Part shown: in pieces, positions 1 to 9,239 of the stretch | Layout of the letters: every line of letters begins with the position of its first letter | Position numbering within the stretch: position 1 is the stretch's first letter | Origin: a virus | Virus record (IMG/VR): IMGVR_UViG_3300035698_008372 | Span: 76,004 to 140,003 of that record | Reading direction: 5' to 3' (one strand) | Length of the DNA stretch: 64,000 bases | Program-made: the position numbers and the translations under genes | The notes under the pieces: generated by a model | What the model saw: the letters and a program-made list of their open reading frames with translations, nothing else | Told to the model about the DNA's origin: nothing | Database searches by the model: none

Positions 1-534
1 AAACAAATGGAAATTCAGAATATTATACCCGACCTAATTGTGGTTGATTATGCCGATATTCTGAGAGATTCATCTGGAGCCGTAGAAAAACGATTCCAGC
101 TGAGTAATATTTATGAGGACTTGAGAGGTCTGGCCGGTGAATTCAGTTTACCAGTATGGACGGCATCTCAAGCGAATCGTAGTGCATTGGAAGAGGAAAT
201 TATTGATGCTTCCAAAGTTGCAGAGGATTATTCTAAGATAATGACAGCTGACTTTGTAATGTCTATTAGTCGTCAAGTATCTGATAAGATAGCGAATACG
301 GCTAGATGTCACATTATCAAAAACAGATTTGGTCAGGATGGTATTACCTTGCCGATGAATATGAATACGAATATAGGTAAAATAGAAATCTTTGAGGGTC
401 AAAGTTTTAGTGGAAAAGAACAACAGAAAAAGATGAATAACGGTGATGAGTATGTCCGCAAGGAATTGAAGAACCGATTCAAAGATTTGATGGTGGATAA
501 TAAGGCCGAGAAAAAGGTCGATGGATATGAATAG
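1..534 (+). CDS. Replicative DNA helicase, DnaB/T4 gp41-like (C-terminal part; probably starts upstream of the window)
   Basis: SF4 helicase motifs DLIVVDYAD, VWTASQANR, AEDYSK, IIKNRFG. Confidence 0.9.
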   Translation, partial: KQMEIQNIIPDLIVVDYADILRDSSGAVEKRFQLSNIYEDLRGLAGEFSLPVWTASQANRSALEEEIIDASKVAEDYSKIMTADFVMSISRQVSDKIANTARCHIIKNRFGQDGITLPMNMNTNIGKIEIFEGQSFSGKEQQKKMNNGDEYVRKELKNRFKDLMVDNKAEKKVDGYE

Positions 535-544
535 GAGAGAATAA

Positions 545-1642
545 ATGGTAACTTTTAAATTATCGGATAAATTTATAGATGGGTTCAAGCGCAAGCGGGC
601 ACCCTTCGGTTTCAATGGGTTAGGGGCCCTAGTATATATGAGGACATATTCCAGAATAAAGGAAGATGGTTCAAATGAACAATGGTGGGAAACAGTACAG
701 CGTGTAGTTGAAGGTACATATAGCATGCAGAAAAACTGGATAGACGAACAAGGTCTTGGATGGAACCCATGGCAGGCACAGAGGTCTGCACAGGAAATGT
801 ATGAGCGTATTTTTGAAATGAAATTTCTACCACCCGGACGGGGTCTGTGGGCAATGGGCACTGCTATCACTGAAGAAAAGGGATTGTATGCGGCATTGAA
901 TAACTGTGCATTCGTATCCACCGAAAATTTGAAAGACGATTTGGCCAAACCATTCACGTTTCTAATGGACGCTTCCATGTTGGGAGTCGGTGTTGGATTT
1001 GATACAAAGGGGGCAGGGCAACTTATTGTCAAAGGCCCTAATGTGGATAGACCACCAGAAAAGTTTGTAATCCCAGATTCCCGTGAGGGTTGGGTTGATG
1101 CCATGAAATTATTGATCGAGAGCTATTTTCTTGGTACTTCACCTATGGATTATGATTATGATACAATCAGGCCAGAGGGAGCACCAATAAAGGGGTTCGG
1201 CGGCACTTCAAGTGGGTACAAACCACTTAAAGCTGCTATGGATGAAATATCCAAAACACTAGATAAAAATGTTGGGGCACCTATTACAATAACCACAATA
1301 GTTGATATTATGAATCATATTGGTAAATGTGTGGTGGCCGGAAATGTCAGACGCTGTTTACCAAATCACTATGAAGTTCAAACGGAAAATGGTTTCAAAT
1401 GTATGAGTGAACTTACATCGGGAGATATGATAAATACAGCAGGAGGTTTGCGAGAGGTTAATGATGTCATAGATAGCGGAAAACAGAAAGTGTTGAAAAT
1501 TAAAACGATGAACAATACTGAATATGAAGCTACTGAAAAACATACATTATTGGTATATAATCAGAAACTAGGCTTTAAGTGGAAAATGGTAAAGGATATT
1601 GATTCGGAGTTAGATTTTTTAGTTAAACCCAAAAATAAATAA
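545..1642 (+). CDS. nrdJ: Class II ribonucleotide reductase NrdJ, fragment 1, ending in split-intein N half (1355-1639)
   Basis: RTYSR, FLPPGRGLWAMG, NNCAF, GVGVGFD, CVVAGNVRR, then CLPNHYEV (block A) and ATEKH (block B TxxH). Confidence 0.92.
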   Translation: MVTFKLSDKFIDGFKRKRAPFGFNGLGALVYMRTYSRIKEDGSNEQWWETVQRVVEGTYSMQKNWIDEQGLGWNPWQAQRSAQEMYERIFEMKFLPPGRGLWAMGTAITEEKGLYAALNNCAFVSTENLKDDLAKPFTFLMDASMLGVGVGFDTKGAGQLIVKGPNVDRPPEKFVIPDSREGWVDAMKLLIESYFLGTSPMDYDYDTIRPEGAPIKGFGGTSSGYKPLKAAMDEISKTLDKNVGAPITITTIVDIMNHIGKCVVAGNVRRCLPNHYEVQTENGFKCMSELTSGDMINTAGGLREVNDVIDSGKQKVLKIKTMNNTEYEATEKHTLLVYNQKLGFKWKMVKDIDSELDFLVKPKNK

Positions 1643-1708
1643 AATATGAAGCGGTTAAGAATAATGGATACCGATTTAAATTAGATGTATATTAATAGGA
1701 GAATGATT

Positions 1709-2455
1709 ATGTATGGGATAGAAGATTTCAATTTGGAAGATTTCAATTTAATTTCGATTATGGAAATAGTCGATGAAAATAAATATGTTCAAACGATGGA
1801 CATAGAGGTTGCGGACAAGCATCATTTCTTTGTACGAAATCCTGAATACTCGGATGAATGTATTGTATCACACAATACAGCCGAAATTGTATTTGGTGAT
1901 CCTGAGAATCAGGAATATTTGGACTTAAAGGATTACGACGTGAATCCATATAGGGAAGAATTTGGGTGGACATCGAACAATTCTATATTTGCCGAATTGG
2001 GCATGGATTATACTGATGCTTGTAAACGTGTTGTGAAAAATGGTGAACCGGGATTTGCATGGCTTGAGAATATGCAGGGTTACTCACGTATGAAGAGCGG
2101 TAAAGACTACAAAGATAGACGTGTAAAAGGTGGAAATCCATGTGTTGTTGGTGATTCAATTATTACTACTGATAGAGGTAGACTTAGAATGGATGAATTA
2201 GTTGAACGTGTAAATTCAGGTGAAACCATAAAAGTTATGTCTTTTAATGAACAAACATTAACAACTGAATTTAATGTTATTACAAAAGCGTGGATGAGTA
2301 AAAAGGATGCTACTGTATTGACATTGGAAATTGAGGAAAATGACCAAATGTTTAAATTGACATGTACCCCCGACCATAAAATATATACAACTAATCGAGG
2401 ATATGTTGAGGCTAATGATTTAACTGGGGAGGATGATATAAAAATAATTACATAA
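1709..2455 (+). CDS. nrdJ: NrdJ fragment 2: intein-1 C half (to 1876), RNR extein, intein-2 N half (2141-2452)
   Basis: MDIEVADKHHFF...IVSHN|TAEIVFG; SNNS, GEPG; GGNP|CVVGDS...CTPDHKIYT...NDLTGEDDI; RBS AGGAG before ATG 1709. Confidence 0.9.
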   Translation: MYGIEDFNLEDFNLISIMEIVDENKYVQTMDIEVADKHHFFVRNPEYSDECIVSHNTAEIVFGDPENQEYLDLKDYDVNPYREEFGWTSNNSIFAELGMDYTDACKRVVKNGEPGFAWLENMQGYSRMKSGKDYKDRRVKGGNPCVVGDSIITTDRGRLRMDELVERVNSGETIKVMSFNEQTLTTEFNVITKAWMSKKDATVLTLEIEENDQMFKLTCTPDHKIYTTNRGYVEANDLTGEDDIKIIT

Positions 2456-2523
2456 TTCGTTTGTATATGGTATTTATTTTTGATATTTATAATAAAGAAA
2501 CACTCTATATAAAGGAATGAACT

Positions 2524-3579
2524 GTGAAAACATATTGTGAAAAAAAGAACGGAAAAATTAAATTTGGAGATACTAATCATATTAGTTACGTGGGTCACTA
2601 TACAAACAATAACAATAAAACATATTATTTGCGTAGCAAGATTGAATTCGTGGTGGCTAGATGATTAGATATAAAAAATCTTAAATTTTTATATGAATGC
2701 AAAATATATATAATAAATTCAAAAAATTATAAACCCGATTTTTTCCACACTGTAAATGATAAAATCAGAACTATTATAGAAGTAAAACCAGATAAACAAA
2801 CGGCTCTGGAATATTATTCTAAATATAACGAGTATTTTAAGAATATAGGAATTCGGTATGTAGTTTTATGAGAAAAACACATACATCAATTAATACGTAA
2901 AAATAATTTACAAGATGAGGTACTAAATTGAATAGACTATAGCATCACGAATTATAAAGTTCCCGATATGAGAGGGAAAAATAATCCTAGATATGGAATG
3001 AAAACATCAGCAACTACTAAAAAGAAGATAGGTGATAAGACCAGAGAAAGATGTAAGGATAATGAGTATATTGATAAATTGAGTACCTCTATTTCTAAGT
3101 TCTATAATACGGACATGGGACTAAAACGAAGAAATGAAATTTCAGAGTTAAGAAAACGTGAAAACGTAGAATTCTGGAAACGGAAAAATCATGATGACCC
3201 ACTTACTACTGCTATATGTAAAATATGTGGTGATTTATTTAGATATAGAGGTATTAGTGAAAGTGGTCGTGTAACTTGTAGAAAAAATGGATGTACTACA
3301 AAATATAATAATAGTATTGGAATTCCTCGAAAACCATTATCTAAAAAATCAAGTATTAGCTCATATAAAACAAGACTGTTAAACGGTGGTAATAAAATGA
3401 AATTAACTGAAAACTATAAAGATTGAAACGAGAAAATTAACATGTTAAAGAAAACGTATAATATTCCAATGACGTTTGGTATGAATGAAAATACCATTGT
3501 CAAATATTTTGGAAATATAAACACCTATATAAAGGAGATAAAAAAATATGGGAAAACTAATAAGAACGATTTTACATAA
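2524..3579 (+). CDS. Free-standing homing endonuclease (PD-(D/E)XK, NUMOD3-like and Zn-ribbon parts) with 4 in-frame TGA
   Basis: Frame is open from GTG 2524 to TAA 3579 if TGA (2662, 2869, 2929, 3424) is sense; RSKIEFVVAR*LD, YKPDFF, IIEVK, GKNNPRYG, CKIC. Confidence 0.8.
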
Positions 3580-3660
3580 AACTGTGGAGGATGTATTCGA
3601 TTTAACCGTCGATGCTGTCCATAATTTTATAGCCAATGGTATATTGGTACATAACTGCCT
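3548..3660 (+). CDS. nrdJ: NrdJ fragment 3, exon 1: intein-2 C half plus extein Cys-Leu
   Basis: MGKLIRTILHKTVEDVFDLTVDAVHNFIANGILVHN|C-L; canonical blocks F/G; too short for the ORF track. Confidence 0.88.
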
Positions 3661-3833
3661 TAACTACTAAGTCTCGGGGCAGTATAAATTTCTCCTGATT
3701 GACTTGGAAGGTGAGTATACACCGACAGGGCGCAAGGGTAAAGCCAGCGTGAGAGACTGAGCGGAGAAACTTCAAAATGAAGATGCGACAGTCCACCTTA
3801 TGAATCGAAACTTCTGATACGATTTGTAAACAG
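3661..3833 (+). ncRNA. Group I self-splicing intron (173 nt, no ORF) in nrdJ
   Basis: 5' exon ends in U (TGCCT) and intron ends in G (AACAG); removal gives TGC CTC GAA CAA = C-L-E-Q-S-L-E-S-Y-E-L-C-C-L; P7-like GAGACTG and GATGCGACAGTCC elements. Confidence 0.85.
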
Positions 3834-4764
3834 CGAACAAAGTTTAGAATCCTATGAATTGTGTTGTCTAGTTGAAACATTTCCAGACAATCATACGAGC
3901 AAAGAAGATTATTTGCGAACATTGAAATATGCTTATCTTTATGCAAAGACAGTGACACTTGGAAAAACTCATTGGCCAGACACAAATAGGGTTATGCTGA
4001 GAAATCGTAGAATTGGTACATCGGTATCTGGTATTGCCCAATTCATTACCAATCGAGGTCTGGGTGTACTCAGGGATTGGTTGGAAAGTGGGTACGATGA
4101 GATTAAGAAATGGGATGAGATGTATTCAGATTGGTTATGTATTCAGCCCAGTATAAAAATTACAAGTGTGAAACCTAGTGGGACAGTATCACTACTGGCC
4201 GGATCAACTCCAGGATTACATTATCCAGAGAGTAGGTTCTACATCAGGCGTGTACGACTGGCAAAAAGTAGTAAACTGATTACACCACTTGAAAACGCTG
4301 GATACAAAATAGAACCGGCTTATGGTTCTGAAGAAAGCACAGTTGTGGTGGAAATTCCCATTGATGAGGGTGATGGAATTAGGACAAAGAAGGACTTAAC
4401 GATGTGGGAACAATTGGCCCTTGCGGCGTTTATGCAACGGCATTGGGCTGACAATGCTGTTAGTGCCACGATCACGTTTGATCCGGAAACCGAATCGGAT
4501 CAACTCCCATTCGCTTTGAACTATTTTCAGTATCAATTAAAAGGCATTTCATTTCTACCTAGAGTGGAAAAGGGGGCCTATAGACAAATGCCGTATGAGG
4601 AAATCACTGAAAGTGAATATGATAATATGAAAACTAATCTAAAATATTTGAGTTTAATTCACATTGAAGGGGAAATGGCAAACCCAGAAAAATATTGTGG
4701 GAATGATACGTGTGAAATTGATGCCGAGTGGGCACAAGTTGAAGATGAACAGGATGAAAAATAA
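3834..4764 (+). CDS. nrdJ: NrdJ fragment 3, exon 2 (C-terminal catalytic part)
   Basis: EQSLESYELCCLVE, NRRIG, TSVKPSGTVS, YRQMPYEEI, C-terminal CGNDTC. Confidence 0.92.
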
Positions 4765-4910
4765 TCTAATCTCATAGTGAGATTGATATAGACAGATAAA
4801 CAAGGAGAAAGACAATGTTAGTAAAGTTAAAAAGTTGGACAAGAGAGAAAGTTATTGAATGTGACAGTTACCATATTGAAAAAGTGGAGCATGGACATAG
4901 ATGACAAATA

Positions 4911-5255
4911 ATGAGAAACGCCACACAAGGAGATGTTAATGGTCTCGTCCTTGACCAAGTAATGGAACATTGGTCAAATGGGGAAGATGTGCGGGTGTTT
5001 GTAACTGACAATGGTAAAAATGTGGAGTCATACAGATATACATGGACTAAGCCACCATGCGGTCCGCCGCAGGAAGGCTATGGTTCACGGGACATTGGGA
5101 CGGTTGAGCCACGGTTTGACCACGATTTATCCAAGGACACATTGGCTTTTATAATCGGTGCAGTTGAAAAGTATGGAAATGATGCATCATATAGTGAGTC
5201 GCTTGTAGTGTATTTACAAGAGCGTCTTTTTGGTAAGGATGAAATAGCTAAATAA
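4911..5255 (+). CDS. Hypothetical protein
   Basis: 114-aa ORF co-oriented with its neighbours. Confidence 0.6.
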   Translation: MRNATQGDVNGLVLDQVMEHWSNGEDVRVFVTDNGKNVESYRYTWTKPPCGPPQEGYGSRDIGTVEPRFDHDLSKDTLAFIIGAVEKYGNDASYSESLVVYLQERLFGKDEIAK

Positions 5256-5311
5256 AACAAAAACTGGTGGGGTGGGCTTCTCGGTCTGCCCCTAAGTAAA
5301 CGGAGAAATAA

Positions 5312-5767
5312 ATGTACACATTAAAATTAAACGCATTTAGCGATGATATGATTGAACGGTATGCAAACCATACACATTATCATGAAGGAGATTCGGGGAT
5401 AGATTTGTTCTTCCCAGACCCAGTAACAATACCAGCTGGAACTTTGGGTAAGAAAATCGGTCTCGGATTTTCGTGTGAAATGATATATGGGATGTCTGAA
5501 AACGTGTCATTCAATATATACCCACGATCCAGTATTTCCAAAACACCATTGAGATTGTCAAATTCGGTTGGTCTAGTGGATGCTGGTTATAGAGGTGAGA
5601 TCATGGCATTATTTGATAATCACAGTGATAGGGATTACCATATTAGTGCGGGAGACAGGCTGCTACAGATCGTAGGACCCAACCTCCAGCCCATTGATTT
5701 GGAATATGCTGAAGAATTATCTGGTTCCGATAGGGATGAAGATGGTGTTGGAAGCACGGGAAAATAG
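5312..5767 (+). CDS. dut: Trimeric dUTPase
   Basis: GIDLF, PRSS, GLVDAGYRGEI, LLQIV, RDEDGVGSTG. Confidence 0.93.
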   Translation: MYTLKLNAFSDDMIERYANHTHYHEGDSGIDLFFPDPVTIPAGTLGKKIGLGFSCEMIYGMSENVSFNIYPRSSISKTPLRLSNSVGLVDAGYRGEIMALFDNHSDRDYHISAGDRLLQIVGPNLQPIDLEYAEELSGSDRDEDGVGSTGK

Positions 5768-5785
5768 TTGAAAATAAATCGTGTC

Positions 5786-5812
5786 TTTGGGAAATAAAAC
5801 ACTATTTATATA
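5786..5812 (+). promoter_or_regulatory. Putative phage middle/late promoter TTTGGG(C/A)A...TAT(T/A)TATA
   Basis: Same bipartite motif recurs at 10994, 33623 and 53690, each just upstream of a gene start. Confidence 0.55.
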
Positions 5813-5813
5813 C

Positions 5814-5886
5814 GCGGTTGAGGTGTAAGGGGATTTGCATGTCGGCTTTCCAGCCGGAGGAGTTGGTTCAAAACCTTCCAACCGCT
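5814..5886 (+). tRNA. Atypical or degenerate tRNA-Gly-like gene (6-nt anticodon loop TTTCCA, mismatched T stem)
   Basis: Acceptor GCGGTTG/CAACCGC with discriminator T; anticodon stem TCGGC/GCCGG; GGTTCAAAACC; 84-nt periodicity with the next two. Confidence 0.7.
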
Positions 5887-5897
5887 CTATTACAAAT

Positions 5898-5970
5898 GCG
5901 ATTGAGGTGTTCAAGGGGAGCACGTCGGTATTCCATATCGAAGGAGTGGGTTCGAATCCTGCCGATCGCT
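5898..5970 (+). tRNA. tRNA-Gly(TCC), atypical (A8, A32-U38)
   Basis: Acceptor GCGATTG/CGATCGC, U73, anticodon arm TCGGT-ATTCCAT-ATCGA, T loop TTCGAAT. Confidence 0.85.
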
Positions 5971-5981
5971 CTATTAAAAAT

Positions 5982-6054
5982 GCGATTGAAGTGTAACAGG
6001 TAAGCACGCCGACATACCATGTCGGAAGAGTGGGTTCGAGTCCTACTGATCGCT
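5982..6054 (+). tRNA. tRNA-Gly(ACC), atypical (A8, A32-U38, rare A34 anticodon)
   Basis: Acceptor GCGATTG/TGATCGC, U73, anticodon arm CCGAC-ATACCAT-GTCGG, T loop TTCGAGT. Confidence 0.85.
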
Positions 6055-6081
6055 CTATTAATGCAAGGAAAAAAATGTTAT

Positions 6082-7239
6082 ATGAACTTCTCAAGTAAAT
6101 TTTTCGATATCAAACCATTTGATATAGAAGAAGAAAAACAAAATCTAATCAATAATTTGGACTTTTTACATTCTATGACAGTGGAAGAACAAACCCTGTA
6201 TAAGAAATGGCAGGAGTTCAATAAGAACGAACATAAGATCAGGGGGAAAGCCCACCTGTTTGATGTGTTTGAAAAAAGGTTATGGGCACCAACCGATATC
6301 TATGATGAGGATTTAACCATTAAGGAAATTAATGCGTTGGAGCCAGTTGTAGAATATGCAGGAAGCGATGAAGCTGCTGATTGGTCATTGTATAGGATGT
6401 TAATTCACACAATGGATTGGTCTGCGAACCCCGGTAGAAATATGAAATTCTATGTAAAGGATGCTGTCACTCGTAAGGTGTTGGGTCTAATATCAATGGG
6501 TTCAGATGTTACCAGTATCAAGGTCAGAGATGATTATATTGGTTGGAAAAAAGAAGATAAATTTGTAAATCACAAGTTGAATAATACGGCTATAGCCAGC
6601 ACAATTGTGTCGGTTCAACCATTGGGTTATAACATGCTTGGTGGAAAATTGATAGCCGCGTTGGCAACAGTGTCAACAATTAGGGACAAGTGGGAAAAGG
6701 AATATGGTGATGTTCTAGCTGGGGTTACAACCACTTCATTATATGGCATCCATTCACAATATAACGGAATTCCACATTGGAAAACGATGGGTGAATCTGC
6801 TGGCAAGATTAGGATCAAGCCAGATGATAGTGAATATTTGAAATGGAATAAGTGGCTCAAAGAGAATTATCCAGATGAGTTTGAAAAAGCCATTACTGGA
6901 ACGGGTCCCAAACAGAATGTATTAAGCAAGGTATTCAGCCATTTGAAAATTAGAGGTTATGAGCATGGATTTCATAGAGGTGTCTATTTTGCGTCAATCT
7001 ATGATAATACAGTGCCATTCTTAAAGGGTGAAATTGAACAATCTGAGCTCAAAATGAAACTGAAATATGAACAGGATTATGAATATATCGACAGGTGGTG
7101 GAAAAAGAAAGCCATAAGACGATATCAGAACATGATTGCACAGGATAGGATTAAACCAGAGAAATTATTCTATGGTGATATCGTGGGTGTATCTTGGGAA
7201 GAATGCCAAGAAATGTATTTAAAAGAAGTGGGGAGATAA
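6082..7239 (+). CDS. DUF4338 / DruA-like protein (putative GNAT-fold DNA-modifying enzyme)
   Basis: PGRNMKF, RDDYIGW, QPLGYNMLGGKLIA, TTTSLYG..SQYN, GES.G; start moved downstream of the tRNA. Confidence 0.75.
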   Translation: MNFSSKFFDIKPFDIEEEKQNLINNLDFLHSMTVEEQTLYKKWQEFNKNEHKIRGKAHLFDVFEKRLWAPTDIYDEDLTIKEINALEPVVEYAGSDEAADWSLYRMLIHTMDWSANPGRNMKFYVKDAVTRKVLGLISMGSDVTSIKVRDDYIGWKKEDKFVNHKLNNTAIASTIVSVQPLGYNMLGGKLIAALATVSTIRDKWEKEYGDVLAGVTTTSLYGIHSQYNGIPHWKTMGESAGKIRIKPDDSEYLKWNKWLKENYPDEFEKAITGTGPKQNVLSKVFSHLKIRGYEHGFHRGVYFASIYDNTVPFLKGEIEQSELKMKLKYEQDYEYIDRWWKKKAIRRYQNMIAQDRIKPEKLFYGDIVGVSWEECQEMYLKEVGR

Positions 7240-7412
7240 TGAGTAAAACACTAGTTGAGAAGATCGAAGAATTGGGTACTGATTGGAGCAAGGTGAATAC
7301 CGCTTTGCATCACTTATGGTCAAAAAATGTCGGAACTGATAATTATGACAAAGAAGAATGGAAATTGTTAGAAAAATATATATATAAAATTATATTGAAA
7401 GACAGGGGATAA
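7239..7412 (+). CDS. Small hypothetical protein
   Basis: ATG overlaps the upstream stop (TAATG). Confidence 0.55.
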   Translation: MSKTLVEKIEELGTDWSKVNTALHHLWSKNVGTDNYDKEEWKLLEKYIYKIILKDRG

Positions 7413-7416
7413 GCTT

Positions 7417-9177
7417 ATTTATAAGTCAATTTATTTCGAAGCGGAAAAACAGAAGATTCATTTGTGGGATGATGACCGCGGCTATTTCACAATACCATAT
7501 AGACGTTATGGGTATATAAAAGATAGGGGCGGCACATATACTTCATTATATGGGGACAGGCTTAAGAAAATCCACAAGTGGGGCAAAGATTCCACTGGAT
7601 TATTTGAGAGTGATGTACACCCTGAAACAAGAACATTAATTGATCTGTACACCAATGACGATGAACCATCAAAAGGTAACAAAACGATTATTATTGATAT
7701 TGAAGTCGAGGTCACAGATGGATTCCCAACTGCTACTTTGGCCGAGAATAAGGTTACGGCTATATCAATTTACGATTTTACGGATAAGAAATATTATGGT
7801 TTGGTATTGGAAAATGGCAAGGGTATTATCAAGCCATCCACAACTCCAGAGCTTGACATTGAAGTGTTTGATATGGAAGTTGATTTGTTGAATAGATTCA
7901 TGCAGATATACCTACGCATAAAACCAACTATTATTACTGGTTGGAATGTGGATAGATTTGATGTAACATACCTATACAATAGAATGGCCGATCAGCTGGA
8001 TGAAGATGTAGCCAATTGCTTGTCTCCAATCGGTGTGGTACATTGGAGTGATTTCAGGGGTAGCTACAGAATCGCTGGGGTTGCAACAATGGATTACTTA
8101 CAGTTGTATAAGAAATTTACATTTACGCAACAGGCTTCATACAGATTGGATGCGATTGCTGATTTCGAATTGGGTGAACGCAAAATTGAATATGATGGTA
8201 CACTAAACGAATTATATGAAAATGACATTGAAAAATTTGTCCAATACAACATCCATGATGTTCGACTAATTGAGATGTTGGACAAGAAATTGAATTTTAT
8301 AGAAATCGCTCGTGGTATTTGTCACTTGGGGCATGTTCCGTATGAAGATATTTACTATGACAGTAGATACCTAGAGGCTGCTATTCTTGTTTATCTGAAA
8401 AAATTGAACATCATCGCTCCGAATAAGCCCGAGCGTGAGGGTTGGAAGGATGAAATTGGCTTTGAGGGTGCTCACGTTCAAAAGCCCAAGAAGGGTCGTC
8501 ATAATTGGGTATATGATTTGGATTTAACATCAATGTATCCAAGCATCATTATGTCGTTGAACATTTCTCCAGAGACAAAAATAGGTAAAATAGATGGGTG
8601 GGATTCCAATAAATTTGTGAAAAAAACCCCAAAAACCTATACTGTCAAATATGGTACAACCGCACTCCAATCCATGGATCAGGATGAACTACAGGTATTT
8701 TTTGATACCAATCATGTGTCGGTATCGGCCAATGGGATATTGTACAAAACTGATAGGGATGGCCTAATCGCGTCACTCCTGAAAAAGTGGTTCGACGAAC
8801 GTGTTGAATTCAGAAAATTGGCTAAGAAGTTTGCCGACGCGGGTGATAACGAGAAATATGATTATTTCAATAGACGACAACATATCCAGAAGATTCTCCT
8901 TAACTCACTTTTTGGGGCACTCGGTTTGCAGGGTTGGAGATTCCATGACGTAGACAACGCCCTTGCAGTTACATCGACGGGGGTAGAATTAATTCGATTT
9001 TCCAAAACCATTGCAAACCATTATTACAATACTGAGCTTGGTAAAGAAATTGAACTTGAAATGGAAGATGGGTCTATCAGAAAATTATATGAAAATTGGC
9101 CAATCCATGTAAAAAGGGGTGGTAAAAAAGTTCAAATTTTAGCCAAAAATCTCAAAATAAATGATGATATTCTCTAA
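7417..9177 (+). CDS. polB: Family B DNA polymerase, N-terminal fragment (exonuclease + motifs A/B); probable ATT start
   Basis: DIEV, TGWNVDRFD, YNIHDV, DLTSMYPSII, KILLNSLFG; frame is open from ATT 7417 behind AGGGGA. Confidence 0.92.
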   Translation: MYKSIYFEAEKQKIHLWDDDRGYFTIPYRRYGYIKDRGGTYTSLYGDRLKKIHKWGKDSTGLFESDVHPETRTLIDLYTNDDEPSKGNKTIIIDIEVEVTDGFPTATLAENKVTAISIYDFTDKKYYGLVLENGKGIIKPSTTPELDIEVFDMEVDLLNRFMQIYLRIKPTIITGWNVDRFDVTYLYNRMADQLDEDVANCLSPIGVVHWSDFRGSYRIAGVATMDYLQLYKKFTFTQQASYRLDAIADFELGERKIEYDGTLNELYENDIEKFVQYNIHDVRLIEMLDKKLNFIEIARGICHLGHVPYEDIYYDSRYLEAAILVYLKKLNIIAPNKPEREGWKDEIGFEGAHVQKPKKGRHNWVYDLDLTSMYPSIIMSLNISPETKIGKIDGWDSNKFVKKTPKTYTVKYGTTALQSMDQDELQVFFDTNHVSVSANGILYKTDRDGLIASLLKKWFDERVEFRKLAKKFADAGDNEKYDYFNRRQHIQKILLNSLFGALGLQGWRFHDVDNALAVTSTGVELIRFSKTIANHYYNTELGKEIELEMEDGSIRKLYENWPIHVKRGGKKVQILAKNLKINDDIL

Positions 9178-9239
9178 GTTTATACTATTTATATACAGAC
9201 ACAATGTATCAATGTATAAAATATAAATTGGAGAGTAAG

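Noticed and set aside
5814-6054. These tRNAs as Trp tRNAs or TGA suppressors (loops contain CCA)
   Set aside because: In the 7-nt loop register the anticodons are TCC and ACC, the acceptor stems and U73 are Gly-type, and no TCA anticodon is present.
5717-6094. ORFs 5717-6094(-), 5818-6003(+) and the 6019 N-terminal extension
   Set aside because: They overlap the tRNA genes, and their repeated peptides simply mirror the 84-nt tRNA repeat.
6082-7239. Druantia anti-phage system
   Set aside because: Only a DruA/DUF4338-like gene is present, with no DruE helicase or partners, and the context is a phage replication module.
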